Positions 21,387 through 32,032 are shown, numbered from the stretch's first letter. The stretch is DNA of 57,174 bases from Thermodesulfobacteriota bacterium (GCA_034189385.1 JAXHVD010000026.1:1-57174); one strand, 5' to 3'. Numbers and translations: made by a program. The notes: a model not told the origin generated them from the sequence alone.

Positions 21387-21965
21387 CTATTTCAGCCCAG
21401 AGAGCTTGACCATCTGCTGGAGAAATGCTTCCGCATCGTCAAACCCGCCAAGCTCGGAATAGAACACTTCATGATCTGCGCCATTCTTATTCTTGATCCC
21501 TATGAAGTAAGGCGTTCTCACTTCTCCAAGGTTCTTGTGAATAGAAAAATCTTGATCGGGAAAAAGCGGAAAGGGCACCTGATAGGTCTTTCGAAAGACG
21601 TCCACTTCAAAGGTCGAGTTACCGGCGCCTATCCCGATGACCTTGACCCTGCCCTTCAGCCCTGGATCTTTTTCTATCAGGCTGTAGAACCTGTTGATCT
21701 CCGCAGCTCCCCGCTGGCAATGGGGGCAGTACATGCTGAAGACCTCAACGATTACGACCCTGGCCTTGATCTGTGGGATCTGAAACACCCCTGTACCTGA
21801 AAGACCCAGGTAATCTTTAAAGCCCGAATCCTCTGGCACAGGAAGGGTGATTTCAGGCAAGACGTCTCCCTTTTTTGGCGGGCTGGTCGCCCACACCCTG
21901 CCGCCATCGGCCAGGAGAAAGAACAGGAACGCGAAGGCTCCCAGAAAAATCAATCCTCTTTTCAT
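21387..21965 (-). CDS. TlpA-family disulfide reductase (exported)
   Basis: FSMYCPHCQ thioredoxin-fold motif, RTP cis-Pro loop; signal peptide. Confidence 0.88.
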   Translation of the reverse strand: MKRGLIFLGAFAFLFFLLADGGRVWATSPPKKGDVLPEITLPVPEDSGFKDYLGLSGTGVFQIPQIKARVVIVEVFSMYCPHCQRGAAEINRFYSLIEKDPGLKGRVKVIGIGAGNSTFEVDVFRKTYQVPFPLFPDQDFSIHKNLGEVRTPYFIGIKNKNGADHEVFYSELGGFDDAEAFLQQMVKLSGLK

Positions 21966-21985
21966 GGTCCTCTCCTCCCAAGAGA

Positions 21986-23482
21986 CTACTTCTTTTCAGT
22001 GAGTTTGAATTTCAGCCAATCAGACATTTCCTGGATGTTCTTCGACATATACCAACGCCCATTGGCAAAGACACCGTAGTCGGCACCCGCCATGGCAGAG
22101 GAATAACGGGTCGAATTGGCGTAAAAGAGCCACTGCTCCACCCATTTCTTCTCAATAGCTTCGTTAAAGATGCTGTCGTTTTGGCCAAGTCCTGCTGCCG
22201 CCCCTTTTTCCCAAGCCGCAAGCAGGATCTTGGTGGCCGTCAGGGTCATCTCGTTGGTGGTTCGGATGGTGTTCTCATAACGCGAGAACTGCCCGTCCAC
22301 CCATTGGCGACTGTGGCACGTGAGACAGACGGTCCGCATGGTCTCTCGCCGTTGTTGCTGTGTGGCTTCATCGATGAGATACTCGGCTACCGGCTCTCCT
22401 GTAAGCTCCGTTGGCAGAGGCAGGCCTGCCCTGTTCTGAATCACGGTCGTGTCCGCAGACTTGGGATGCCCATGGGCATAGATCAAACCGAAAATTCTCC
22501 AGGAGAGGCGGTCATTCATCTGATGGGTCCGTTCTGCCACTACCTCACCTTCTGGCGATACGACAAGGCTCACGTGGCATGTGGCACAGGTCGGGGCGGT
22601 GAAGTCTTCGCCCACGGTCCAGGGAACGGCCTTATAGTCCCATTCCTTACCCAGACTGGCATAGATGTTTCCGTGCTTGCTCACCATGTAGACCTTGTAT
22701 GCAGGCACATCAGGGCCCTTGTGACACTCGGAACAGGTAGCGGGTTTTCTGGCCATCTGAATGGAGAACCGATGCCGGGCGTGGCAAGCCCCGCAGGAGC
22801 CTTTACTGCCGTCAGGATTGATCCGCCCCACGCCATGATTGGGCCACCCCGAAAGGACGGGAAAGGACATCTCGCCATCTGCCGTGTCCCTGGTCTCCAT
22901 TCCCTTCACCTCAACGACCGTACCGTGGCAGTAAAAACAAGAATCCGCATCCGTGGCCGCATCAGGCCCTTCATAGGTCGTCTTCATCTCCGCGAAGGTC
23001 TGGATACCGTTTACAGAGTCGGCTAGGCCGTGGTAGACAGGGTTATTCCTGAGATTCCCGTAGGCCTCACACATCAGGTTCTTGCGATACTGCTCAAGCT
23101 CCACGGGGTGACAGACGGCACAGTCTTGTGGGCTCACCACTGTATGCACCTGGTATCCGTTGTGCTCGAAGGTGTCCTGGTGTTTTTCAGGGTTCATGGT
23201 GTGACACTCGGCACAGCCCACAACGACACCGGCTAGGCCGTCAGGCAGCGTATCGAACGAGACCCGTCGCTTTTTTGAGATCATGCTCTTTGCGACCCTG
23301 GGCGTGACTCTTGCCATGCGGCCCTTTTCCCAGCTCGCCACGATTCCTGGATTCAGGGACCGGTGACAGTCCAGGCACGCCTCAGTTGCTTCACTCACGG
23401 GGGGCCCTGCCCCCATTGCAACCTGCACCGAAACATACATCAACACAACGACATAACCAGCCACCTTCACCATACTTCTCAT
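21986..23482 (-). CDS. Octaheme c-type cytochrome, hydroxylamine-oxidoreductase-like
   Basis: Eight CxxCH (CLDCH, CAECH, CAVCH, CFYCH, CGACH, CSECH, CATCH, CLTCH); [21 protein letters not shown]; signal peptide. Confidence 0.88.
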   Translation of the reverse strand: MRSMVKVAGYVVVLMYVSVQVAMGAGPPVSEATEACLDCHRSLNPGIVASWEKGRMARVTPRVAKSMISKKRRVSFDTLPDGLAGVVVGCAECHTMNPEKHQDTFEHNGYQVHTVVSPQDCAVCHPVELEQYRKNLMCEAYGNLRNNPVYHGLADSVNGIQTFAEMKTTYEGPDAATDADSCFYCHGTVVEVKGMETRDTADGEMSFPVLSGWPNHGVGRINPDGSKGSCGACHARHRFSIQMARKPATCSECHKGPDVPAYKVYMVSKHGNIYASLGKEWDYKAVPWTVGEDFTAPTCATCHVSLVVSPEGEVVAERTHQMNDRLSWRIFGLIYAHGHPKSADTTVIQNRAGLPLPTELTGEPVAEYLIDEATQQQRRETMRTVCLTCHSRQWVDGQFSRYENTIRTTNEMTLTATKILLAAWEKGAAAGLGQNDSIFNEAIEKKWVEQWLFYANSTRYSSAMAGADYGVFANGRWYMSKNIQEMSDWLKFKLTEKK

Positions 23483-23488
23483 CTACTT

Positions 23489-24763
23489 CTACCTCCTCAT
23501 CTTCTCGATCTCCGCCGCAGCCCGCATGGTCCTGGCGAGTTCCTTGATCTCATCGAGGTCCTTGACCATCATGGCCCAACCGTACCAGTAGGCATAATCG
23601 GGGTTCACATGAAAAAAGGCCTGATAGGCCCGCATCCTGTGCTTCATATACATCTGAAAAAGGACCTGGTCAATGTGAGAGCCGCCGGTCTGCATAAAAT
23701 AGAGAAAGTCGGGATAGGCAAAGGCATAGTTGTCCGGCTTCTGGATGATGCCGTCCTTGTAAAGGGCGGCAACCACCTCAATGGCCTCTGCCAAGAGACG
23801 ATCCGTTTTCTGCATCATGGCATCCCCCATGGCCAGCTGTTCGCGGGCGTAAGTCTCAGCGTGGCATTGCTTGCAGCGATCGATCATCTTGTCCCGCTCC
23901 TTCTGCCATGCCTCTTCCGTGAGTCGGGCAAGGTCCACCGCTTTCACTGCCTCCAAGCGGGCCGTAGGTTCTCCTGTCTCAGGATTTAGAACCCCCAGGG
24001 CCTTTAGGATGGTCACCCTGTCCGCGGCCCACTGCTCGTCTTCTGGCAAGGGCAGTCGCACACCCAGAAACCCCCAGGCCGTATGGTTCTCGTGGTCGCC
24101 ATCGGGCATGTGGCAAAACTGGCACGATGGGGCGGCGGCGCCTTCCGGCAGCTTGCCCTTTTCCTTTACAGCGTAGCGTGCGCCGTGTTTGGAACTGCTC
24201 CACATCTCCCACTGGGGATGATCATAGCCCATGTGGCATTGCTGACAGGCCCTGGGGTCCCGGGCCTCTTTCACAGAAAAAACGTGCCTGGTGTGGCATT
24301 CGTCACAGGAGTTGTTCTGGTAGCGGTAGCCCTTGTCTCTTTGCTCCTTTTTCTGCTCTTCTGATTTGATGCCCATGTTATGGCACCCCCCGCACCCCCT
24401 GCCGCCTTCCATCAACTCGTCAGGCTCCACATGGGTGATGGGAAGGGCGTTCAAGGCCGTCCAGCCGAAGTTGTGCTTCCCCTTGGCAAACTGGTTGAAC
24501 TGGTCTTCGTGGCACTCGGCACAGAGTTTCTCATCGGGCAACACGGCAAGACGGGCGGTGTTGGCGCCATTGTGTTTATCGCCGTGGCAAACGGAACAGG
24601 TCACGTCTTCTTTGCTGTGCTTGCTGGCCTTCCAGTCGGCCACCATTCCCGGAGAAACCTTGCCATGACATACGACGCAAGGCTCTTCGGCCCCAAACAC
24701 CAAGCCAGTGAAATACAGCACAGCCATCATAAACACCATTACAGGCAACGACCTCTTTCCCAT
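23489..24763 (-). CDS. Octaheme c-type cytochrome, hydroxylamine-oxidoreductase-like
   Basis: Eight CxxCH (CVVCH, CSVCH, CAECH, CGGCH, CDECH, CQQCH, CQFCH, CKQCH); TRHVFS, MGYDHPQWEMW..SKHG, HVNPDY. Confidence 0.88.
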   Translation of the reverse strand: MGKRSLPVMVFMMAVLYFTGLVFGAEEPCVVCHGKVSPGMVADWKASKHSKEDVTCSVCHGDKHNGANTARLAVLPDEKLCAECHEDQFNQFAKGKHNFGWTALNALPITHVEPDELMEGGRGCGGCHNMGIKSEEQKKEQRDKGYRYQNNSCDECHTRHVFSVKEARDPRACQQCHMGYDHPQWEMWSSSKHGARYAVKEKGKLPEGAAAPSCQFCHMPDGDHENHTAWGFLGVRLPLPEDEQWAADRVTILKALGVLNPETGEPTARLEAVKAVDLARLTEEAWQKERDKMIDRCKQCHAETYAREQLAMGDAMMQKTDRLLAEAIEVVAALYKDGIIQKPDNYAFAYPDFLYFMQTGGSHIDQVLFQMYMKHRMRAYQAFFHVNPDYAYWYGWAMMVKDLDEIKELARTMRAAAEIEKMRR

Positions 24764-24807
24764 GACGCACCTCCTAAATAATCAACTTGTTACTCAATAA
24801 CTATCCC

Positions 24808-25650
24808 CTATGGTGATCCTGACCCTCCGCCGTCAAGCCTCTTGAGGGAATCAGCAGCCACTTCACGGACCCATTCATCTTCATCTTCAAGGACGGCCTG
24901 AAGGGCTTCTCGCCCCCTGGGGTCGCCAATCTTTCCGAGGCTCGCTGCGGCATTGCGTCTTACTTCCATGGCCCCGTCTTTCATGGCTTCCATAAGGGCT
25001 AAAGCGGCCCTTTCTTTCTCGTCCTTGGTCTTGGCCAGCCATCCCAAGGCCTCAGACGCGGCCTCACGTTTCAGTTGGTCCTTGGCCTTGAGTGCACCGA
25101 TGAAATCGCTGGCCCTGTCATCGTATCCAAGGGCATGCTTCTTCCCCCCCGGCATGACCACCGTTCCACGACCGCAAAGGTGGACATAGCCCACGTCTTG
25201 AACCAGTTTGAAATGGAGCGGAAAGGATGGATCGCTGTCAAAGGTGACCCCCCCGAAAAAAACATTGCCCAGCAGGATGTGCTCGGCCCCGGCCCAGTTT
25301 AAAAGAGAGAGGAACCTATCCCGTCGAATGATTTGGTACATCCGATAAGAGGCCTCCTGGTCGTCCAGGATAAGCCATTCAGACCCCTTCTTCTCCGAAC
25401 GAATGGCCACCCGCGTATTGGTAACACCACCCTTTCCGTAAGGAACCAGGTCCGAACCATGCACCCGCGGATCCGCGCACATGTAGACTTGTCTCACCCC
25501 TTGCATGGCCGAGTCCACTACCGGCACCCACTCCTTGATCACAAAAGCAGTTGTCCCTGCAAAAACGGGTGCGACTTGCGCAAACACCGTGCCCGCCAGG
25601 CTCGTTGCCGCAACCATGGCCAACGTGAGTCTCAAGCATCGTTGCTTCAT
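24808..25650 (-). CDS. Exported HEAT/PBS-lyase repeat protein
   Basis: C-terminal VRRNAAASLGKIGDPR, VREVAADSL repeats; signal peptide ending VFA-Q. Confidence 0.75.
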   Translation of the reverse strand: MKQRCLRLTLAMVAATSLAGTVFAQVAPVFAGTTAFVIKEWVPVVDSAMQGVRQVYMCADPRVHGSDLVPYGKGGVTNTRVAIRSEKKGSEWLILDDQEASYRMYQIIRRDRFLSLLNWAGAEHILLGNVFFGGVTFDSDPSFPLHFKLVQDVGYVHLCGRGTVVMPGGKKHALGYDDRASDFIGALKAKDQLKREAASEALGWLAKTKDEKERAALALMEAMKDGAMEVRRNAAASLGKIGDPRGREALQAVLEDEDEWVREVAADSLKRLDGGGSGSP

Positions 25651-25755
25651 GCGATGGTCCCCCTGATGAGATGCCAGATTGAAAGGCGCCCCCATGCCGC
25701 TCAACCCCCCGCGAAGATGGCCGTCTCGTCGTCTGCCCCCCTTAGCACCCCTTCT

Positions 25756-26238
25756 TTACGGACCCGTAGAAGGGGACGACTTTGAATGGGGCGGCCAGGG
25801 GTCTTGCGTGTTGACGCCAAGGGCCTTGGCCTCTTCCTCCGATACGATCCTATAGCCTTTCGATTTCATGCAACGCTCCACGGCTTTGGCTATTTGTGCC
25901 TGGCTGTCTGACCCCCAGGCCTCGGCCCCTGGACTGGAAACAGTCCCATACCGACTGAAACTGGCGTCCAGATGGTACATACATTGTGAGTAATCCGCAT
26001 GCCTTTCAGCAGTTGTCTTGCTCGGATGGTAGAAATAGCCTTTTTGCTTGGCACAGCCGAGAACACACGCAAGAGATAGAACGATGGGAAAGAGCAGCGC
26101 CTTTGCGAAGCCATGCTTGACGCCCCTCTGGCCATGGTCGAGGCCCACGGCATACCCCTTATGGGGCTCTCCAGGACAGCATCTTCTAGCTGCCTGGTTC
26201 TTCTGAAACTGCTGGGCAAGGTATAGAATCTGTCTCAT
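25756..26238 (-). CDS. Hypothetical lipoprotein
   Basis: Lipobox-like LSLACVLG-C, D...C...CMKSKGY pattern; start uncertain. Confidence 0.6.
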   Translation of the reverse strand: MRQILYLAQQFQKNQAARRCCPGEPHKGYAVGLDHGQRGVKHGFAKALLFPIVLSLACVLGCAKQKGYFYHPSKTTAERHADYSQCMYHLDASFSRYGTVSSPGAEAWGSDSQAQIAKAVERCMKSKGYRIVSEEEAKALGVNTQDPWPPHSKSSPSTGP

Positions 26239-26322
26239 CTTCTCTTTGTCCCTGAGGTCTTGAATGCAGAACCGCCCTCCCTTTTCAAGGTGGGGACACA
26301 GGAGCGGGCTGGGATGGAAAGG

Positions 26323-26769
26323 TCACGGCCCCAGCTTCTCTCCTATGGCCTTTCCGTAGTCCTGACAAGCGCGCAGCCCTTCACCTGTCTCGATGATCTC
26401 CTCTTTCAGCTTAAAGGAACCCAGCTCCACCATGTCCATTTTAAATACGTACTCCATGGTGTCAAAGATCACTTTGGGGGCATCCCCGCTATGGGTGTAA
26501 GACCCAAAGGCCCCAGCCACCTTTCCCTCCAATGCGGCCTTTTGCGCCAGAAACAGGAAAGTCTTCATGCCGTTAGTGATGTCTCGGTGGTATGTGGGGC
26601 AACCGAACACATAGGCGTCATAGCCTTCCAGATCCTTGTGGCTCTTAATGGCGCCGATCCTCATGAGCTCCGCTTCATGGCCGATGATACGCACCCCTTC
26701 AGCGACATACTCCGCCATCTTTTCCGTGTGGCCCGTTCTGCTGTCGTAGCAAATCAGTACCCTTTTCAC
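26323..26769 (-). CDS. Flavodoxin-domain protein
   Basis: YDSRTGHTEKMA, GCPTY, AFGSY. Confidence 0.9.
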   Translation of the reverse strand: MKRVLICYDSRTGHTEKMAEYVAEGVRIIGHEAELMRIGAIKSHKDLEGYDAYVFGCPTYHRDITNGMKTFLFLAQKAALEGKVAGAFGSYTHSGDAPKVIFDTMEYVFKMDMVELGSFKLKEEIIETGEGLRACQDYGKAIGEKLGP

Positions 26770-26879
26770 AGCCTGATCCTCCCCCCTTCACCAACTCTTA
26801 TCGAGGGGCCATTAACCCTCCGGTGGCCACCTCGGCCGGCTGAGCACATGGCTTAGACCTGCCCCTTTTGCCCTTGCCC

Positions 26880-27107
26880 CTAGTCTCTATGAGGCCACTC
26901 AGCACCGTGTTGCACTTCCACAAAATAGCAGAAGCGGTCCCAGTCAAACTCCCGTTGGGATACGGGGCACCGGAGCCTGACCCTTCGATCGTCCGCTCCC
27001 ATCACTTCCCAATCGCCGCTGCGGGGGCCACCGTCAATGGTGATCTTCTGGCCCGTCTCCAGGGGGTATGGCCGAAATAGTATGACCTTGTGTCCTGCCA
27101 TTCGCAC
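26880..27107 (-). CDS. Small hypothetical protein
   Basis: Fills the operon gap, co-oriented, protein-like sequence with two Cys. Confidence 0.65.
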   Translation of the reverse strand: MRMAGHKVILFRPYPLETGQKITIDGGPRSGDWEVMGADDRRVRLRCPVSQREFDWDRFCYFVEVQHGAEWPHRD

Positions 27108-27128
27108 TCACCCTTTGCCACTTACAGT

Positions 27129-27581
27129 CTATTTGTGCCCATGGCCAAAATAGAGGCCCTCAAATTCCTTTAAGACGGACCGTAACGTGGCAATGTGGGC
27201 AAGATCCGTCGTCTGTTTGCATTTCATGGAAAAAACCAGCAACTTGTGAAGACCGGTCAATTTCTCAGCATATTTCTCAGTGTCAAGCTTGATCCGCTGG
27301 GTCATGAAGTACTGTGTCACGATGTGCTGTAGCTCATTGGCATGGTGCTCCTTATTCGTGACCCACCTCGTGAGCTGATTGTAGTCTATGGGCTTTTTGT
27401 TTCCCAGTGCAACGATCTGCTTCATGGACTTCTCAATAGTGGTAATGTGCTCGGCAATCATGTCAATTCGCATCTGATCATCATAGATCCCGCATGGAAT
27501 CTCACAATGGGCAGATGCATAGGACACCACAGACAGTGCCATGGCCACTGCACACAGCAATTGGAAGCATCTCTTTGTCAT
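27129..27581 (-). CDS. sodN: Nickel superoxide dismutase (with Sec-pathway signal peptide)
   Basis: Ni-hook HCEIPCGIY directly after an ASA cleavage site; KE.HA motif. Confidence 0.92.
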   Translation of the reverse strand: MTKRCFQLLCAVAMALSVVSYASAHCEIPCGIYDDQMRIDMIAEHITTIEKSMKQIVALGNKKPIDYNQLTRWVTNKEHHANELQHIVTQYFMTQRIKLDTEKYAEKLTGLHKLLVFSMKCKQTTDLAHIATLRSVLKEFEGLYFGHGHK

Positions 27582-27664
27582 TGTCTTCCTCCTTTCATCG
27601 CTAGGTTGATGATACCCCCCACCACCAAATATTTGCTATGCTCTGCGCGGGCAGGGGGGTAAGC

Positions 27665-28381
27665 CTAGAAGGCCAGATCAGGGGTCCATACCTCCCAGAC
27701 CTTGCCCACCAAATCAGGCCCGGGCTTTAAGGTGGGTTTGCCTGGCTGCCACCCAGAGGGGGTAGCCTCTGCGCCCTTGGTCTTTCTTATGTGTTGAAAG
27801 GCTTGGACCTGGCGAATCAATTCCGCCACATTGCGGCCCACGGGTGGGGTCAGCATCTCCATGGCTTGGATGATGCCATCTGGATCAATAATAAAGCGAC
27901 CACGGATATCCACGCCTTCATCTTCATCGTAGACACCATAGACGGAACCGATCTTTCCCCCGCCATCGGAGAGCATGGGAAAAGGAACACCACCTTTTAC
28001 CATTTTGGAAAGCTCTTTATCCTGCCACATTTTGTGGACGAAATGACTGTCCACACTAATGGAGAAAAACTCCAGTCCCAACTTCTTCAGCTCCTTGTAT
28101 TTGGTGGCAACTGCCGCCAGTTCCGTCGCTCAGACGAACGTGAAATCTCCCGGATAAAAACAGACACACATCCATTTTCCCAGATAGTCCGACAAGTTGA
28201 CCTGCACAAACTTGCCCTTGTAAAACGCTGGGGCCTGAAAATCAGGGGCCTTGGCCCCAACTTTGGCTCTCACCATCACGGTCTCCTTCGCCTCTTTTTC
28301 TTCAACTGGTGTATCGTTCTTTCGGGGTTCTCCGACCTTTGCACCGGTCGGTTTTCCGCAGCCGATCTCCAGCTTCTTCAC
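27665..28381 (-). CDS. prxU: Selenocysteine-containing peroxiredoxin (AhpC/Prx1 type)
   Basis: ORFs 28130-28435 and 27665-28081 are in one frame across TGA 28132-28130: YPGDFTFV-U-ATELAAV, with U at the peroxidatic Cys; hairpin AACTG-GCGG-CAGTT downstream; AGGAGG before GTG 28381. Confidence 0.93.
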
Positions 28382-28503
28382 AAAACACCTCCTTTCTATT
28401 GCCCCGCAGCATCTGCCCATGACACCAGCAGCCACCCATGGTACGTGAATCGATCCTTCTGGTGACGGGTTCCCATGCTAATGGCTGCTGAAAAAACCGG
28501 ATC

Positions 28504-28704
28504 TCAACAGACGATCTCCGAGAACTTCTTTTCGCGAAACCGCACCTTGGCAGTCTGGCATCTGGGGCACGTCAATTGGTCCGGAAGCTCTTCAAATGGG
28601 GTACCAGGATCGTATCCTGCCTCAGAACACCCCTTTTCCGGCTCATACTTGTACCCGCATGGGCATTGATACAGATGAACTTTCCGAAATTGTGTGGATG
28701 GCAT
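28504..28704 (-). CDS. Rubredoxin-like protein (CxC...CxxC variant)
   Basis: YQCPCGYKYEPEKG...PGTPFEELPDQLTCPRC; ATG 28704 after GAGGGGG. Confidence 0.8.
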   Translation of the reverse strand: MPSTQFRKVHLYQCPCGYKYEPEKGCSEAGYDPGTPFEELPDQLTCPRCQTAKVRFREKKFSEIVC

Positions 28705-28801
28705 TTGAACCCCCCTCTCTTCTGGCGCATTCTCTTGGATCACATGCATCTGTGACCTGCGTGACAAAGAGCCCTTTACTGCCCCCCTCATGGCCAAGGG
28801 A

Positions 28802-29989
28802 CTAATCGGCAGGCAGGGCCTGGGCTATTTTCTTACCCAGCTCATAGCACGCTTCCAGGCTCTCCTCATTTGGAACATATTGAATCTTCACGCCAGGATC
28901 GATCAACTCAAACTTCATCCCCTCCAGTTCCTTGTTCATCAATTTCACGGCCTCTCCGCTCCAGCCAAAGGAACCAAAGGCGGCACCGACCTTATTGATC
29001 GGCTTAAGGCCCTTCATGTAGGTGAGGAAGTCGCTCACTGTTGGGAAAAGGCCGTTATTCAGGGTGGGAGAACCCACGACGATGGCCCCGGCATCGAGGA
29101 CCTCTGTCATGATGTCGCTTCTGTGCCAGGCCCTGAGGTGCATGGGCCTGGCGTCCACACCTTCCTGACCGAGGGCGTCCACAATGGCCTCTGCCATCAT
29201 CTCCGTACTGTGCCACATGGTGTCATAAACAACCACGGCCTTTCTTTTGGGCTCCTGCTTGCTCCACTTCACATAGGCGTTGATAATCTTGGAAGGATCC
29301 TTCCGCCAGATGATGCCGTGGTCGGGACAGATCATGTCCAGGGCCAGCCCCATCTCTGTGACGGTGTCGACCAGCTTGAGTATGAGGGGACTGTACAGCA
29401 ACAGGATATTGGCGAAGTACTTCTTGGCGTGGGGCATGATGGCATCGCCCACCTGGTCGTCAAATCTTTCCAGCCCTGCATAGTGCTGCCCAAAGGCGTC
29501 ACTTGAAAAGAGGATCTTGTCTTCATTCACGTAGGAGAACATGCTGTCGGGCCAGTGAAGCATCCTGGTCTCCAGAAAGGTAAGGGTCCTTTTGCCCAGG
29601 GCCAATGTGCCCCCGTTTTCCACGGGTTGGTAATTCCACTTCTGGGGAAAATGTCGCAAGAGATTCTTGTGTCCCATCTTGGAGCAATAGAGGGGTTTGT
29701 CTTCCCCCACTCTGTGCATGACCCTTGCCAGGCCACCGGAGTGGTCCATCTCCGTGTGGTTGCTTACAACGTAGTCAATCTTCTTTGGATTCACGATCTG
29801 ACTGATGTTTGCTATGAGCTCATCAGCGAACTCCTTCTTCACCGTATCGATGAGGGTTGTCTTTTCATCCAATATGAGAAAGGCGTTATACGTGCTTCCG
29901 TCATTCGTGGAATACCCGTGAAAATCTCTGATGTTCCAGTCAATAACCCCTACCCAGAAGATCCCTTCTGCTATTTCTATGGGTGTCAT
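28802..29989 (-). CDS. fprA: Flavodiiron protein (FprA/ROO-type)
   Basis: NHTEMDHSG, MLHWPDSM, SSDAFGQH, CPDHG, flavodoxin domain YDTMWHST. Confidence 0.95.
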   Translation of the reverse strand: MTPIEIAEGIFWVGVIDWNIRDFHGYSTNDGSTYNAFLILDEKTTLIDTVKKEFADELIANISQIVNPKKIDYVVSNHTEMDHSGGLARVMHRVGEDKPLYCSKMGHKNLLRHFPQKWNYQPVENGGTLALGKRTLTFLETRMLHWPDSMFSYVNEDKILFSSDAFGQHYAGLERFDDQVGDAIMPHAKKYFANILLLYSPLILKLVDTVTEMGLALDMICPDHGIIWRKDPSKIINAYVKWSKQEPKRKAVVVYDTMWHSTEMMAEAIVDALGQEGVDARPMHLRAWHRSDIMTEVLDAGAIVVGSPTLNNGLFPTVSDFLTYMKGLKPINKVGAAFGSFGWSGEAVKLMNKELEGMKFELIDPGVKIQYVPNEESLEACYELGKKIAQALPAD

Positions 29990-30015
29990 TTCCTTTCCCT
30001 TCTTTCAACGACATA

Positions 30016-30174
30016 TTACTCCTTTTCAAACTGATCCTTTGTGGCCCCACACACAGGGCAGTTCCAATCATCGGGCAGATCGTCAAAGGCAGTCCCCGGG
30101 GCAACGCCGTTTTCAGGATCACCTTCTGCCGGATCATACACATAGCCGCATACTGAACACACATACTTATCCAT
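30016..30174 (-). CDS. Rubredoxin (52 aa, below the ORF-track cutoff)
   Basis: Manual translation [61 protein letters not shown]. Confidence 0.95.
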   Translation of the reverse strand: MDKYVCSVCGYVYDPAEGDPENGVAPGTAFDDLPDDWNCPVCGATKDQFEKE

Positions 30175-30198
30175 CGTCTTTGACCTCCTTGTCTGTTT

Positions 30199-30405
30199 TC
30201 ATTCGCTGTCCTTTACAGAACCAGGTCCTGCCAAAGGCCGGAAGGATTTTTTACTTGCCCCGCATACGGGACAGGTCCAGTCCTCCGGTAGATCTTCAAA
30301 AGGGGTCCCTTTGGCGATCTTTCCCTTCCGGTCCCCCTTGTCAGGGTTGTAGATATAGCCGCAACTTATTGTTTGACATTGATACATCTCTTCCGGTGCA
30401 GCCAT
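30199..30405 (-). CDS. Rubredoxin, C-x4-C type
   Basis: [10 protein letters not shown]...[17 protein letters not shown]. Confidence 0.92.
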   Translation of the reverse strand: MAAPEEMYQCQTISCGYIYNPDKGDRKGKIAKGTPFEDLPEDWTCPVCGASKKSFRPLAGPGSVKDSE

Positions 30406-30780
30406 TTACGCCTTCCACAATCCGTGCAGATTGCAGTACTCACGAGCCGTTACCTGGTCTGCTGTGATATTGAACGTCGCTTCAGGAACATCGCCAGGGT
30501 TCAGGAACTGCCGGTAAGCCTTCCCGTCGGCAATGACCTCGATCCACTCAATGTAGTGCTTTTCCTCCATGGGGTGGGCGACACTTCCCACGGTCACCTT
30601 GATACCCTCTGCTGTTTTCTCCACCACAGGCACGTGTTTTTCCTGGGCAGCGTCTACAGTATTTTCCACAAAAAGCTTCATGGGCTGCTTGCAACACACC
30701 AGTTCTCCCTTGCCTGCATGCACGACCTCCACGATGTTTCCACAAACCTCACACTTGTAAATCTGCAGTCTTTCAGTCAT
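30406..30780 (-). CDS. dfx: Desulfoferrodoxin (2Fe superoxide reductase)
   Basis: YKCEVCGN...[25 protein letters not shown]. Confidence 0.96.
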   Translation of the reverse strand: MTERLQIYKCEVCGNIVEVVHAGKGELVCCKQPMKLFVENTVDAAQEKHVPVVEKTAEGIKVTVGSVAHPMEEKHYIEWIEVIADGKAYRQFLNPGDVPEATFNITADQVTAREYCNLHGLWKA

Positions 30781-30841
30781 CTTGACACCTCTCCTTTCTT
30801 TTCAGGCGGTCCAGAGACCGGATAGGTTCCATGGATCAGAG

Positions 30842-31417
30842 TTACCAGTTTTCGCCCAACAGCTCGAAGTGTTTCTGGGCATGGGCACAGGCCGGACAGG
30901 TGTCAGGGGCAGATTCTCCCTCGTGAAGATAGCCGCAGTTGCGGCACCGCCACACCACCTTGTCCTCCCGCTTGAACACGCGACCGGCCTCAATGTTTGC
31001 CGCAAGATCCAGATACCGCTTCTCGTGCTGCTTTTCGGCCACGGCAATGGCTTCAAAAACCTCTGCAATATCTTCAAACCCTTCCTCCCGGGCCACCTTG
31101 GCAAAGCCCGGATACATCTCCGTGTACTCGTAGTTTTCCCCTGCAGCCGCTTCCTTTAGGTTTTCCAGTGTTGTGCCGATCACCCCGGCCGGAAAACGGG
31201 CGGACACTGCCACTTCACCCCCCTCCAGGAATTTGAAAAGCCTTTTGGCATGCTCCTTTTCTTGGTCGGCGGTCTCCTCAAATATGGCCTGCATCTGCAC
31301 ATAACCATCCTTCTTTGCCTGGCTGGCAAAATAGGTGTACCGGTTTCGGGCCTGGGACTCGCCCGTAAAAGCGGTAAGCAGGTTCTTCTCGGTCTGACTC
31401 CCCTTTAGACTACCCAT
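30842..31417 (-). CDS. rbr: Rubrerythrin
   Basis: [35 protein letters not shown]. Confidence 0.96.
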   Translation of the reverse strand: MGSLKGSQTEKNLLTAFTGESQARNRYTYFASQAKKDGYVQMQAIFEETADQEKEHAKRLFKFLEGGEVAVSARFPAGVIGTTLENLKEAAAGENYEYTEMYPGFAKVAREEGFEDIAEVFEAIAVAEKQHEKRYLDLAANIEAGRVFKREDKVVWRCRNCGYLHEGESAPDTCPACAHAQKHFELLGENW

Positions 31418-31759
31418 TCGATCTCTCCTTTCTCATAACAGCTTCTCATCTCTCTCCATCGCAGTAGGTCTTTGTGGCACGTCTTTCGCCTCGTTTTATC
31501 GCTGTCATCTGCTTTCTTTCCAAGATTGTCCCATCCCCTAAAAAAGGGGAGGCGTGATCGTAAGGCCTGCCCAGAATCCCTCTCTTTTTCCTGTTTCAAA
31601 CGCACACTTTACATACTCCTAAAGGGCAAGGGCAATGGGGCCAATCGTGTATTTGTCCCTGGGCAAGACAGTATTTTTCCGTTAAGAGGGCAAGATGAAG
31701 GCCCCGGCCATCACAGGGTCCCCTCACCACACAGATCAGGTCCAGGGACTATTCTGGCC

Positions 31760-31966
31760 CTATTCCTTCCACCAGCCCTTCTTGATATGGGCCGCCTTTT
31801 CCTCTTCAGCCAGTTTTTTGATCTTAAAGGCGGAATCTCTCACCACCCCGTAGAGGACACCACAACCAGTATCCTCCCTTACTGCGTCCCCTTGATCGGC
31901 CAGGTTGAGCATCTCTTCCACCAGGTTCAACGTCCTTTTGATGCTCGCATCACATGGTTTCATCAA
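31760..31966 (-). CDS. Small hypothetical helical protein
   Basis: ADQGD..RED.GCGVLYG..RDSA; lies just downstream of a sigma-54-like promoter. Confidence 0.75.
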   Translation of the reverse strand: MMKPCDASIKRTLNLVEEMLNLADQGDAVREDTGCGVLYGVVRDSAFKIKKLAEEEKAAHIKKGWWKE

Positions 31967-32016
31967 GCCACCCCTTCGAAGGAAGTGTCCGTTTCAAACG
32001 GTTGTGCCCATCAGTC

Positions 32017-32032
32017 ATCAAGATTCATGCCA
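32017..32032 (-). promoter_or_regulatory. Candidate sigma-54 (-24/-12) promoter
   Basis: TGGCATGAATCTTGAT vs consensus TGGCAC-N5-TTGCW (GA instead of GC at -12); sigma-54 activator gene immediately upstream. Confidence 0.5.
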
